A stretch of DNA of 64,000 nucleotides, from NCBI GenBank assembly GCA_015233895.1, contig JADFXG010000011.1, positions 37,212 to 101,211 on the forward strand, in the 5' to 3' direction. Below, one piece after another: positions 18,434 to 28,038 of the stretch. The position numbers and the translations under genes are program-made. Position 1 is the stretch's first letter. Each line of letters starts with the position of its first letter. Under the pieces are notes generated by a model. That model was not told where the DNA came from and did not search any database. It saw only the letters and a list, made by a program, of their open reading frames with translations. This DNA is from Nitrospirota bacterium. Lineage in GTDB: Bacteria; Nitrospirota; Thermodesulfovibrionia; Thermodesulfovibrionales; Magnetobacteriaceae.

Positions 18434-21400
18434 TCACTCCTGCCATATTCCCTGCCAGTTGTTATCAGGGAGGAATTCTTTGAGGTGTTCTGTTGTTTTA
18501 AGGTATTTAGCGCTGGGGCCGTCGTGCGGGTCAATGGAAAGGCAGTGTTTAAAGCTTTCAGCGGCCTCATCCCAATTTCTGTTATAGTAGTGTTGTTGAG
18601 CCATATTGAAGATGTTTAACAGTGTTTTTTTATTTTCATCAAGCGTACAGAAGTTTGATATCAGTTCATGGAACTCGTTAGGGCGCTTTTTTAGTTGTGA
18701 TGCAAACTGATTAAGCCGTTCATTTATAATCCGCTCGTTTGTTTTCATTTCAGCGGTTATAGCAGTAGTATCAACGCTGATACCAGATTTATTCAAAAGT
18801 GTTTTCAGATGCTCTGAAAGCTCTGTTGCGATTTTGTCAGCCTCAGTTGCATACGATATTCTTTTATTAATTGATAGCAGTCTTTTCTCAAGTACATCCA
18901 CTCTGCTATAGAGTGAATCTGACAGAGCACGCTCACCCATGTCTTTTAATATTTTTATATAAGGCACAGCCTTTATAATCTCTTTATACAATTCGGAAAG
19001 CCTTTTCTCTGTGAATGATACGTTAGAGGTGGATTGAGGCTCCGGAATCGGGATGCTTAAAGTTACGGCATGCCCTTCAGTTTTAAGGAGAAGCGTTTTT
19101 ATCTCTGCTTCAATTTCTGTAATGTTGAGAATATCCTTTGATTTCATATACTGTACAGCAACGGTGGAAAGTTCGGAAAACATGGTCTTTATTTCAGTTA
19201 ACAGTTCCGAGCCGGGTAAATCTTTTTCGGAGAAATAGTCATGATAACCGATGACCTTTTCAGGGCGCATTCTGCTTAAAGAATTCAAAATAAGCGCAGG
19301 GATTGGCTTGTCTTTCCAAAAGTTAAGAAAACGGTCTTTCCTCCAGCCTATGACCTCATATATCTTAACAGATTGTGCAGCGTGAGCTCTTTCAAATGCA
19401 CCGAGGTTACGTGCCTCGATGTGGTCCTTTACGAGGTCATAGGTACTCTCTGACATCATGATGCACGTATCAAAGATCTTATTAGCTGGTTCAAGCTCCT
19501 CAGCAAATGTTGCGGCATCACCCATGGCTGTGTACTGCATATGATTGTACGAGCCCATAATGGCTGCTGAGATTACGCCCGTGTTGATTCCCATTCGTGC
19601 TGTTATCATAACCCCATACTCTATGGCTATCATACGCTGGATGACTTTTAATTCCTCCTGGCTATACAGTGCACTGAGGCAACACTTCAGGGCCTGATCA
19701 TTATCGTCAAGAGGAATACCAAAGTCAGCCTTAATAGCATCTCCCTCATACTTGTCAACGTATCCGTCATAAGACATTATGATGTTGCTCATTGGCGTAA
19801 GATAGATGTTAAGAATATCAGCAAGTTCCCTGGATGTCACACCCTCAGATATAGTTGTAAAGCCGGATACGTCGGATGAAAACATTGTAGCAAGTTTTTT
19901 CTCACCTCCACGGTTAAACTTTTCAGGATGCTTCTCTAGCATCTTAAGCACTTCAGGAGATACCATGGCAGAGAACATTTTACGAATTTTTTGCCGTTCC
20001 ATACTCTCCCTTATGTACTTATATAAAATTCCTGAGATAAAGGCAAGGGCAATTGCAGATACTGCCTGAAATGTAGGCAGAAGCAGCCCCTGTTTTGTAA
20101 AGAAATACCAATCAAGCATTGCGTACACTGCGGTAACTAATAAAGTTACAGGACCGCTCCTAATCGGAGTAAACAACATAACTACGTTAAGAACAATAAC
20201 TACCAAAATAAAATTCAGAGAATATTTTAGCCACACCGGACAGTCTGTCAAAAACTGGCCTGTCATAATTGTGTTAAGCACATTGGGCATAAGGTCAAGC
20301 ATGGGATGATGTCTAAGGTATGGAGTAGGATTCAGTGCGGTCAAAGCGGTAGCGGTCAAGCCATAAAACACTATCTTATCTTTCAGATAAAGAGGTGATA
20401 TAACTGTGCGTTTACTGTCTATATCAATATCCGGCATAACAAAAAACAAAGGGCGTACCCTATAAACGTCGTTTCTTTTAATGTGGTAGGCAATCAAGTT
20501 GTAAGATTCCGTTAAGTTCATTGATTTAAGGTCATTTTCGGTAAGAGACAAGTCTGTGATAACATCTTTAAGTGGAGGGACTACTTTGTTTTCCACATGC
20601 TTTTTAACTATATAATTGTTAAACTTAATCTGCTTTGCCATCGAAAGCCAGAAATTATCTGTAGGGTCAAGTCCCATGGATGTCAGAGCCTCTGCTTCTG
20701 ACATCCCGTGGTCAACTATGTTTTGTTCAATATAAAAGGCTGCAAAAGCACGGGCGAAAATTTTATCAGCTGCTTCTTTAGATATATAAGGCAACTCAGA
20801 AAGTTTTAGAGGCACATATTTTTCTATATCCTCAGCTACAGGAATCTTTTTGATTTCATCCTTAGTAATCTGATACGCTACCAGTTCGGATATCATGCTA
20901 AAGGGCAGACGCGCAAATGTATCATTATAGCTGCCCGCCCAGTTAATGTTCATGCTGCCTGTGTTGTCAACAGGAATCTTTACGAAGGAGTTTTTTCCTT
21001 TTAGTTTTATATATCGACTGTCACCTGTGTAAATATTCTCTGTATGAAGCAGCTTGCGGACAAGGTTAAGCGGAAGTGAACCGTATAGCATGTTTTGGTA
21101 TATAGCCATAAGAGGATACTTTCTAACCACACCGTCAGGGGAAAGGTGGATTTGGTTAAATCCTGCGCAAGCCATGCTTTTTAAGATACTCTCTTTGGGT
21201 ATGATTATGTTTGTAGCTACAGGGAAATTCCATTTAGAGCCTTCTACCGCAGTTTTTGCTGAAAGAAGTTCTAAGCTGTGTTTTTCTATAGTTGTGGCGG
21301 ATGTCTTTAGTGTGCCGGTAACACTATGTTTGCCATCCGGTTCCGGTATTTTAAAATCAACATCTGCACAAGCATTGCCATTTTTCTTTAAACTGTCACT

Positions 21401-21838
21401 CAGATACTCCTCATAGTCAGGAATTGTGGAACCAATGTCCTTTTTCCCATATCCGGCAAGAATTCTATTTTTGACACTCTCTAAAGAACCCCTGTCTATG
21501 GCGTTATTGCTGCCTTGTGAAAAATCCATGTTAACAAAAACAATATCCGCAACACCGTATTCAGTCAGAAAATTCACGATGTCACCGTGTATGAACCACG
21601 GCCATGGCCACCGTCCGGTAACATCTATGTCTTTGTCGTCAATGTCAAGAGTTATGATGTTGGGGTAAATCTTAATTTTAGGCCTTAACTGAAATTTTAC
21701 ATTTAAAATCCTGTTTTCTATGATGTCAAATGATCCCAGAGCGATAAAAAGTGTTAAAAACAGGGAAACGGAAAGTAAGAGAGCCGCCATAGGAACAAAT
21801 CGTTTGTACCTTTGAGTTGCTAATAAAAGAAATTTCAT
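18434..21838 (-). CDS. CHASE2 / class III adenylate cyclase with TPR-like tail (metal-binding half)
   Basis: GRWPWPW and DGVVRKYPL CHASE2 motifs, TM helices, FSSDVSGFT, DKYEGDAI, degenerate GDAATFAEELE. Confidence 0.88.
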   Translation of the reverse strand: MKFLLLATQRYKRFVPMAALLLSVSLFLTLFIALGSFDIIENRILNVKFQLRPKIKIYPNIITLDIDDKDIDVTGRWPWPWFIHGDIVNFLTEYGVADIVFVNMDFSQGSNNAIDRGSLESVKNRILAGYGKKDIGSTIPDYEEYLSDSLKKNGNACADVDFKIPEPDGKHSVTGTLKTSATTIEKHSLELLSAKTAVEGSKWNFPVATNIIIPKESILKSMACAGFNQIHLSPDGVVRKYPLMAIYQNMLYGSLPLNLVRKLLHTENIYTGDSRYIKLKGKNSFVKIPVDNTGSMNINWAGSYNDTFARLPFSMISELVAYQITKDEIKKIPVAEDIEKYVPLKLSELPYISKEAADKIFARAFAAFYIEQNIVDHGMSEAEALTSMGLDPTDNFWLSMAKQIKFNNYIVKKHVENKVVPPLKDVITDLSLTENDLKSMNLTESYNLIAYHIKRNDVYRVRPLFFVMPDIDIDSKRTVISPLYLKDKIVFYGLTATALTALNPTPYLRHHPMLDLMPNVLNTIMTGQFLTDCPVWLKYSLNFILVVIVLNVVMLFTPIRSGPVTLLVTAVYAMLDWYFFTKQGLLLPTFQAVSAIALAFISGILYKYIRESMERQKIRKMFSAMVSPEVLKMLEKHPEKFNRGGEKKLATMFSSDVSGFTTISEGVTSRELADILNIYLTPMSNIIMSYDGYVDKYEGDAIKADFGIPLDDNDQALKCCLSALYSQEELKVIQRMIAIEYGVMITARMGINTGVISAAIMGSYNHMQYTAMGDAATFAEELEPANKIFDTCIMMSESTYDLVKDHIEARNLGAFERAHAAQSVKIYEVIGWRKDRFLNFWKDKPIPALILNSLSRMRPEKVIGYHDYFSEKDLPGSELLTEIKTMFSELSTVAVQYMKSKDILNITEIEAEIKTLLLKTEGHAVTLSIPIPEPQSTSNVSFTEKRLSELYKEIIKAVPYIKILKDMGERALSDSLYSRVDVLEKRLLSINKRISYATEADKIATELSEHLKTLLNKSGISVDTTAITAEMKTNERIINERLNQFASQLKKRPNEFHELISNFCTLDENKKTLLNIFNMAQQHYYNRNWDEAAESFKHCLSIDPHDGPSAKYLKTTEHLKEFLPDNNWQGIWQE

Positions 21839-21839
21839 A

Positions 21840-24800
21840 TCATTTCCTTGTCTGGATAAACTCACCTTGCCACGATGGCGGAGGAGGAGATTCCTTATAA
21901 AACTCTATTCTTTTAATTAAAGACTCAGCCGGAGGGTCTCCCGGCAGTACTGCCGCCGAAAGTTTAAACATATCGAGAGCCTCATCCCATTTCCGCTGAA
22001 AATACAACTGCAACCCTGCCTCGTAGTGCGTTTTTGACTTTAATACCGCATCAGAAGGACTGCCAAGATGTGCAGCCATTTCATGATATACCTCTGGCTT
22101 AAGTTGAAGCTTTGCATAGAATTGTTCTACGACAGTCCTGAACTTTGCCTGATAATTAAGTAAAGATACATTGAGTTTTCTTATTTGTGCCTCTGATGAG
22201 CCTTTAACTTGTTGTATATATCTTTCCATTTCGTTTATACAGCCAATGATAACTTCACTTTCAGGATTTTCTTTTAAAAGAAAACGATTTTGAAATAAAC
22301 TGGCTTTTGCTAACACGTTGTTAGACTCTTCTGATAGCTCATTCAGAGTGTAATCGGTGTGTTTTATCGTATGAGCACTCTCGGAAATCAAATTTTTCAT
22401 GCTGCTTAGTTCTGTAACAATGTCGGAAAGTACATCATTTTTGGGCAGAAATGGTTTAAACTCACGGCCAAAAACATTTGCCATACTATGTCTGAGCTGT
22501 CTCATAGCCATAACTATACCAAGAAATTCAATCCTCCACTCAGTTATTAAAAGCTCTGAGACAAGAGGTATGGTATTGTCAAAAAAGGTGAAAATCTCAA
22601 CAGCTGATTCAAATCCTGTGTCCTTAGCACGTTTTTTCCACACATCCCTGTAACAGAAAAACTTCTCGGCAGAGCACTTTAACCAGTTATACTTTACAAA
22701 TTGCGGAACTGGTTTGGATTTATGAAAATCTCTGTAAGCCTCCGTAACCCACCCAAGGACCTCATATATTGCAGTAGGTTTTGTTTTTCCTTTAAGCAGC
22801 AGCTTATCCAACATCCTCAGGTGTACGTAGTCTTTTATTTCAGGAACGGTGTCTTTTCCTGTCAGAGCATTTCTTGCGTTATAGATAAAATTAGCAGCCA
22901 TAAACCGTGCGGATACGTTAACTGAATCCCCCATGACGGTGTACTGGAATTTTCCTTCAGATCCCATATTACCCGCTGAAACGTATCCAAAATTAAACCC
23001 CATCGAGACAGACACTGGCCGCCCATAGCGCATGGTAACAAATCTTTTAAAAGCCTCTATGTCAAGATTCTGTTCGATAGTGGCAAAGGCACACTTTACA
23101 GCGCTCTGCGGGTCATCCAGAGGGACTCCGAAGTCAGCCATGATGACGTGTCCTTCGTACTTATCTATATAACCGTCATAGCTGGTAATGATCTCGCTGT
23201 TGGGAGACAAATATATGCTCAGTATGGCCGGCAGTTCATCCGGAGACACATCTTTAACAATATCCGACATGCCTTGTATAAGAGAAAAAAATGTTGTCAC
23301 GGCTTTTCTTTCACCTGTCAGAGCGAATTTGTCAGGATTGTTTTCCATCGTCTTTAAAATAGATGGCGAAACCATCTTGGAAAACATTAGTCTCATTAGT
23401 TTTCTTTCAAAATATGCCTCCACATACCTCACAAGCGCTAAAGCCAGAAATGTAATTGCAATAGCCCCCACTGGCACCACCCAATTAAACCAGTACCCTT
23501 TTGTAACCCACAATCTGTACGTAACAATGATATAGCTAAGGGCTAAGACAGCTGAGGCTGGAAAAGCCATCTGAAGGACTAAAAAACTGCAAAGCAAGCC
23601 GGTTATAATGGAAAGAAGTATGGTGATAGCATAAGTATAAGTCTCAGGAACGTGCCACAGGAAATTACCTGTCAGTATGGTGTTTATGGCATTTAGGTGA
23701 TAAGAGACCATAGGTGAGCTTTTTTCAAAAGGGGTTGGATTAAGATCAATAGTGCCGGTGCCGGTAAGACCTGCTATGAAAAGTTTGTTGTTAAGGTCAA
23801 CCGGAGAAAAAGGTGATAAAACTCCATTATTTTTTACTTGTAGCAACGGTGGGAAGTAGTACGGATAAATGTCTCTTAATCGTCCTTTTTTTGCAAAAGA
23901 ATGAATATTTCTAAATATTTCAAAGACAAGTTGGGCATCTGTATTTTGTGGATAGACTTTATTGAACTCTTCAAAGGTAATGGAGGGCTTCTGAGTAATA
24001 ACTTTTTCAATATTGTATGCAACCCTGATTTCATTTAAGTCTTTCTTAAGGCTGCTGCCGTTATTGTCATAGAGCTTCATAGTTTCAAAGACAACATTGT
24101 CGTCAACTCCTGAATCAATCAGTTTAGATATAAACCAGGCATTTGCGGTTTTTTCAGAAATTTGTGAACTTTCCGCGCCAGTGACAAGGCTTTCCTCGTC
24201 AATAGCTGTTTTAATTGTTGTTTTAAGAGCCTTAAAACCCTCTGCTGTCAGTTCATAGTTTGATTTCCTCGCCTCTTCTTTTGCCCGTATAACGGCATAG
24301 TAGTATGATATGTGTCTAAAGGGCACGTGCAGAAATGTGTCATTAGATTTACCTGCCCAGTTGACAAGCATTTGAAAGTGCTTATCAATGGGGATTTCAA
24401 TATCAGAGCGGGTTTGAGCATTTAGCTTTTTAGCGTTTTTTAAAGTTAAAGATTCTCCCTGAGAAATTCTCATTTCATTTAGTTTAAAGTCAAGGACGTT
24501 GGAGAGCATTGAAAGCACCAGAGGATAAATCTCAGAGTTATCATAGTATCTAAGTAGTGGGTAGTTTCTGACCACTGAGTCTTCATCAAATCCTGGTTGT
24601 GCAAAGCCAAGGCCAGTGGAGGCTGTGATAAATTCAGGAGATGGCGGTGTGATGTTTATGTCTTTAAGCAGTGAGCTATTATAAGCAGTAGAAGTTGGCA
24701 AAAACGTTTTCTTTAATAACCCCATTGAGGCCTTCTCTGAGTCTGTCATCTCAGAGTTTAAGCGCTTAGTTTGCCCAAGAACTTTATTTATATCATTAGT

Positions 24801-25313
24801 GACAGCGGTTTTGCCATAAATTTTGGTGAAATAAGCAAGATAGACAATCCCTGCTTTTCTGATTGACTCTGCAAATTCCTTATCGTAATCCTTAAAAGAG
24901 GTTTCAACCACAGTGTTAAATTCCTTAAAGCCATGAGTAATTTCTGCTGATGTATAATCTCTGATTTTTTCAGGTAAAAAACGTACATTTTCCTTTTCAA
25001 CAAAAAACACATCAAACCCGATGGCTTTAGCACCATAAAAACTCAAAGTATTAACAAGGGCTACCTCGCGCATCCTGGACCACGGCCACTGCCCGCATAA
25101 GGACAGTGATTCGTCATCAAAATCTATATAGCCTATATCTTTAGATGTTGCAACAGGAGGCCTTAACCGGTATCTGAGGTCAAGCGTGTAGAGTTCTATG
25201 TCATTCGGAATCTTTAAAAATCCTGAAAAGATCGCAATGGCACCAATTATAAAACCAAACAGAACTCCATAGAGTGTTTTTCCTGTTTTTGTCTTTAGAT
25301 TGAGTAATTTCAT
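21840..25313 (-). CDS. CHASE2 / class III adenylate cyclase with TPR-like tail (Asn/Arg half)
   Basis: GQWPWSR and DSVVRNYPL, TM helices, degenerate FSLIQG and DKYEGHVI, intact YTVMGDSVNVSARF. Confidence 0.88.
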   Translation of the reverse strand: MKLLNLKTKTGKTLYGVLFGFIIGAIAIFSGFLKIPNDIELYTLDLRYRLRPPVATSKDIGYIDFDDESLSLCGQWPWSRMREVALVNTLSFYGAKAIGFDVFFVEKENVRFLPEKIRDYTSAEITHGFKEFNTVVETSFKDYDKEFAESIRKAGIVYLAYFTKIYGKTAVTNDINKVLGQTKRLNSEMTDSEKASMGLLKKTFLPTSTAYNSSLLKDINITPPSPEFITASTGLGFAQPGFDEDSVVRNYPLLRYYDNSEIYPLVLSMLSNVLDFKLNEMRISQGESLTLKNAKKLNAQTRSDIEIPIDKHFQMLVNWAGKSNDTFLHVPFRHISYYYAVIRAKEEARKSNYELTAEGFKALKTTIKTAIDEESLVTGAESSQISEKTANAWFISKLIDSGVDDNVVFETMKLYDNNGSSLKKDLNEIRVAYNIEKVITQKPSITFEEFNKVYPQNTDAQLVFEIFRNIHSFAKKGRLRDIYPYYFPPLLQVKNNGVLSPFSPVDLNNKLFIAGLTGTGTIDLNPTPFEKSSPMVSYHLNAINTILTGNFLWHVPETYTYAITILLSIITGLLCSFLVLQMAFPASAVLALSYIIVTYRLWVTKGYWFNWVVPVGAIAITFLALALVRYVEAYFERKLMRLMFSKMVSPSILKTMENNPDKFALTGERKAVTTFFSLIQGMSDIVKDVSPDELPAILSIYLSPNSEIITSYDGYIDKYEGHVIMADFGVPLDDPQSAVKCAFATIEQNLDIEAFKRFVTMRYGRPVSVSMGFNFGYVSAGNMGSEGKFQYTVMGDSVNVSARFMAANFIYNARNALTGKDTVPEIKDYVHLRMLDKLLLKGKTKPTAIYEVLGWVTEAYRDFHKSKPVPQFVKYNWLKCSAEKFFCYRDVWKKRAKDTGFESAVEIFTFFDNTIPLVSELLITEWRIEFLGIVMAMRQLRHSMANVFGREFKPFLPKNDVLSDIVTELSSMKNLISESAHTIKHTDYTLNELSEESNNVLAKASLFQNRFLLKENPESEVIIGCINEMERYIQQVKGSSEAQIRKLNVSLLNYQAKFRTVVEQFYAKLQLKPEVYHEMAAHLGSPSDAVLKSKTHYEAGLQLYFQRKWDEALDMFKLSAAVLPGDPPAESLIKRIEFYKESPPPPSWQGEFIQTRK

Positions 25314-25381
25314 TATTTGAGAGAGTAGTCATCTTACTAATGGCACAAAGCCAAAAATACAGTTTCCTATCTGTTAGTGTT

Positions 25382-25903
25382 TCATTGTTTTTGGTTATAC
25401 AATTCTATAATTTTATCTGTCACGTCAATAGATGACTTGTGGTAAGCTATCCCACCGGTGTTTTTCTCCATTATAATTGTATAGTCGTATTTTTTCCCTA
25501 TCTCATTTATTATTTCATTTAAGTCTTTAAACACCTGGGCTTTCAGCCATTTTTCCATCTTGAGCACTTCCTGATCGAGATCTTCTTTCTGTCTTTTCAG
25601 TTCTTTCAGTTTCTGGGTAAATTGCTCTTCTGTTTTTAGTTTTTCCTCCAGTTTGAGGTCTGCCTTGTCAATTTTCTCTTTTAACTTTTTAAGTTCCTCT
25701 TCTTTTTGCACAAAAGGAACCTTCTTTTTTGATAACGTATCATCATATCTTTTCTGGTATTGCTTTACAGGTTTAGCCTCAGCAATTACTCTCTGTATTT
25801 CAAACACTCCAATTTTTATAGACTCAGCACTTTGTGCACTAACGGTAAACACTGTAAATACTTGCACAAGAACACAAATAGCTATCAGTGGAAATCTCTT
25901 CAT
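25382..25903 (-). CDS. OmpH/Skp-family periplasmic chaperone
   Basis: Signal peptide, KIGVFEIQRVI, long basic coiled coil, IDVTDKIIELYN; AGGAGG RBS. Confidence 0.85.
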   Translation of the reverse strand: MKRFPLIAICVLVQVFTVFTVSAQSAESIKIGVFEIQRVIAEAKPVKQYQKRYDDTLSKKKVPFVQKEEELKKLKEKIDKADLKLEEKLKTEEQFTQKLKELKRQKEDLDQEVLKMEKWLKAQVFKDLNEIINEIGKKYDYTIIMEKNTGGIAYHKSSIDVTDKIIELYNQKQ

Positions 25904-25922
25904 CACTATATTTCTCAACCTC

Positions 25923-27458
25923 CTAAAGTTTATACTCAATTCCGGCAGTGTACATGTTTCGTATGTATTCGTAAATGAAAACATTAGATTTAACATCTGA
26001 ATGTGTGAAGTTAAAGTTGACAGTAACATTCTTCATGACTTGCCAAATGAGACTTGCACCACCCGTATAAGAATCATCCCTCCTCATAACATAAAACACA
26101 TCATTTACATTACTGTATCTTTGGAAAAATGCCTCACCTGTAAGTATGCCTGTAAGAGTTTTTTCTTTAACAGGAACAACAAGTCCAACATTGAACTTAT
26201 GTCCTTCATTTACCCAATTACTGCCTAAGGTGTTATCAAAGGAGTAATCGTACTTTATGTTAAGCATGCCGAGGCCTTTGGAAAAAGCATACACATAACC
26301 CAGACCAGTTAGGTATCTGTCCGCATCCCTGTTCTCTTCAGGAGCGAATACCTGTCCCATCATTTTAAGCTTCTCAATACCCATATACATTTGCACTATG
26401 TTGTTAGGCTTAAAGACCCAACTGTAAGTAGGCTTAACAGATAAAGAATACATGTAGGGCGTATCTCTCAGTACAGCATGTGTGAAGGAGATGGGAAATG
26501 AAACTGCAGAGTTTTTGAGATTATATCCTGGGTTTAAAGTTAAACTATTTACATATAAATTATGGGTCTCATTTTTAAAATAAACCGTACTAAGGAAATT
26601 ATATTGAGCATTGAGAAACCATTTGCTGCCAAGGTTTGGACGATAATCCACTCTAAGCATGTTTAATATGGCGCTGTCTTTTTCCCCTGTAATTATTAAC
26701 CCAGGAATATCATCAACGGGTTTGTCTAACACATTGTCGTCATACCTGTAAGACATACCAATAGTAACTTGCCACGGCTTGAACATCTCCTTGCCTTTTG
26801 CTAACTCCTTTTGATACTCCTTTGCAAATGTAGCCGTATCAGATTTCGGATCAGCTGCTACCACGTTGTCCAGATAGCTGGAGGCTTCATCAAATCGTCT
26901 CTCCCTGCCATACGCTATAGCCAGTTGGAAATCTGCTGTCTGAGCCACTGTTGGATCAAGCTCTTTAGCTTTTTTAAATGCAGTTATGGCCTCAGAGTTA
27001 TCATCATCTTTTAACAACACCAACCCTTTTAAAAACGCAATCTGTCCTGGTACTACATCGTTATTTTCTGCTTTTTGTATCCACTGCAGCGCCTCTTCAA
27101 GTTTATTTGAGACATACAGGGTTCCTATCAGCTCCACATAGGCCTCTTTCATCGGGGGTACATAGTGGAGTGATTCTTTAAGATACTTCTCCGCACTTTT
27201 TAAATCACCTATCTTCTTAAAAGTAATCCCCAGATAATAAGATATAACTGAGGTGGCAGGTTGCTCCTGTTGGGCTTTTTTTAACAGCTCCAACGCCTCC
27301 TCGTAATTCTCAGCCTTAAACTGCTCTATTCCTTCAGATATATAGTCTGTGGCTCCATGTAAAGCATTGGGACTTAATCCCAGAAGCAAAATCAAAACAC
27401 ATATACTTACTGCTCTCTTAAGAGCAACTCCACTCACTTTTATATTTACCACGAGCAA
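25923..27458 (-). CDS. TPR repeats plus C-terminal outer-membrane beta-barrel (Slam/DUF560-like)
   Basis: Signal peptide, several TPRs, YRYDDNV barrel entry, amphipathic beta strands, terminal YEY-x-RN-x-YTAGIEYKL. Confidence 0.75.
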   Translation of the reverse strand: MLVVNIKVSGVALKRAVSICVLILLLGLSPNALHGATDYISEGIEQFKAENYEEALELLKKAQQEQPATSVISYYLGITFKKIGDLKSAEKYLKESLHYVPPMKEAYVELIGTLYVSNKLEEALQWIQKAENNDVVPGQIAFLKGLVLLKDDDNSEAITAFKKAKELDPTVAQTADFQLAIAYGRERRFDEASSYLDNVVAADPKSDTATFAKEYQKELAKGKEMFKPWQVTIGMSYRYDDNVLDKPVDDIPGLIITGEKDSAILNMLRVDYRPNLGSKWFLNAQYNFLSTVYFKNETHNLYVNSLTLNPGYNLKNSAVSFPISFTHAVLRDTPYMYSLSVKPTYSWVFKPNNIVQMYMGIEKLKMMGQVFAPEENRDADRYLTGLGYVYAFSKGLGMLNIKYDYSFDNTLGSNWVNEGHKFNVGLVVPVKEKTLTGILTGEAFFQRYSNVNDVFYVMRRDDSYTGGASLIWQVMKNVTVNFNFTHSDVKSNVFIYEYIRNMYTAGIEYKL

Positions 27459-27495
27459 ATCTCCATTGAATCGTCTATATTTTTAGCAACGCTGT

Positions 27496-28038
27496 TTAAT
27501 GCGCAACAGTGTAGCCTGTAACATTGTCTTCACATAAAATACCTGTTACGGCTCTTTTTGGAGCAGTTAACCCCTGTAAACATGTCATGAGTATGTTTAA
27601 GCACGATGCTTGAATGCCAGAGGAGTCAAATGACACGTTACCTATAAATGAAAGAGTCCCCCCATAGGCGCCGGATGTACCAACATCTGTTGAGGATAAT
27701 GTTAAAGTTTCATAACCTGTGACAGGGCTATAGACAGAAGCTGTTTTCCCTGAGAAAGCTATCTGTCGTGTCATCGAACTTTTGAGCAGGCTTGCGGTGC
27801 TAAAAGTTTGTGTTGTTGATGTTGGCGTATCGTTGTCTGCTGAGTCCACTGTAAAGCTGACTGTCATATTTTCTGAGGACATGTTAGATGTCAAACAGTA
27901 CACAACGTTATTTGTACTTGTATGTAGATACGGCAGATGATAATAGACAGCAGTATTGGCAGGAACATTACTGATGGCAAAAAGAATGATAATAAAAAGA
28001 CTAAATAATATTATTGCATATTTCCCTAAATTTTTCAT
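27496..28038 (-). CDS. Secreted protein consisting only of the four-Cys CTD (subtype A)
   Basis: Signal peptide then YHLPYLHTSTNNVVYC...YGGTLSF...SCLNILMTCLQGLTAPKRAVTGILC...AH; ATGA overlap with the FecR gene. Confidence 0.85.
   Translation of the reverse strand: MKNLGKYAIILFSLFIIILFAISNVPANTAVYYHLPYLHTSTNNVVYCLTSNMSSENMTVSFTVDSADNDTPTSTTQTFSTASLLKSSMTRQIAFSGKTASVYSPVTGYETLTLSSTDVGTSGAYGGTLSFIGNVSFDSSGIQASCLNILMTCLQGLTAPKRAVTGILCEDNVTGYTVAH

Noticed and set aside
25904..26029. Extended N-terminus of the Skp ORF
   Set aside because: Overlaps the barrel gene; RBS and signal peptide point to a start at 25903-25906
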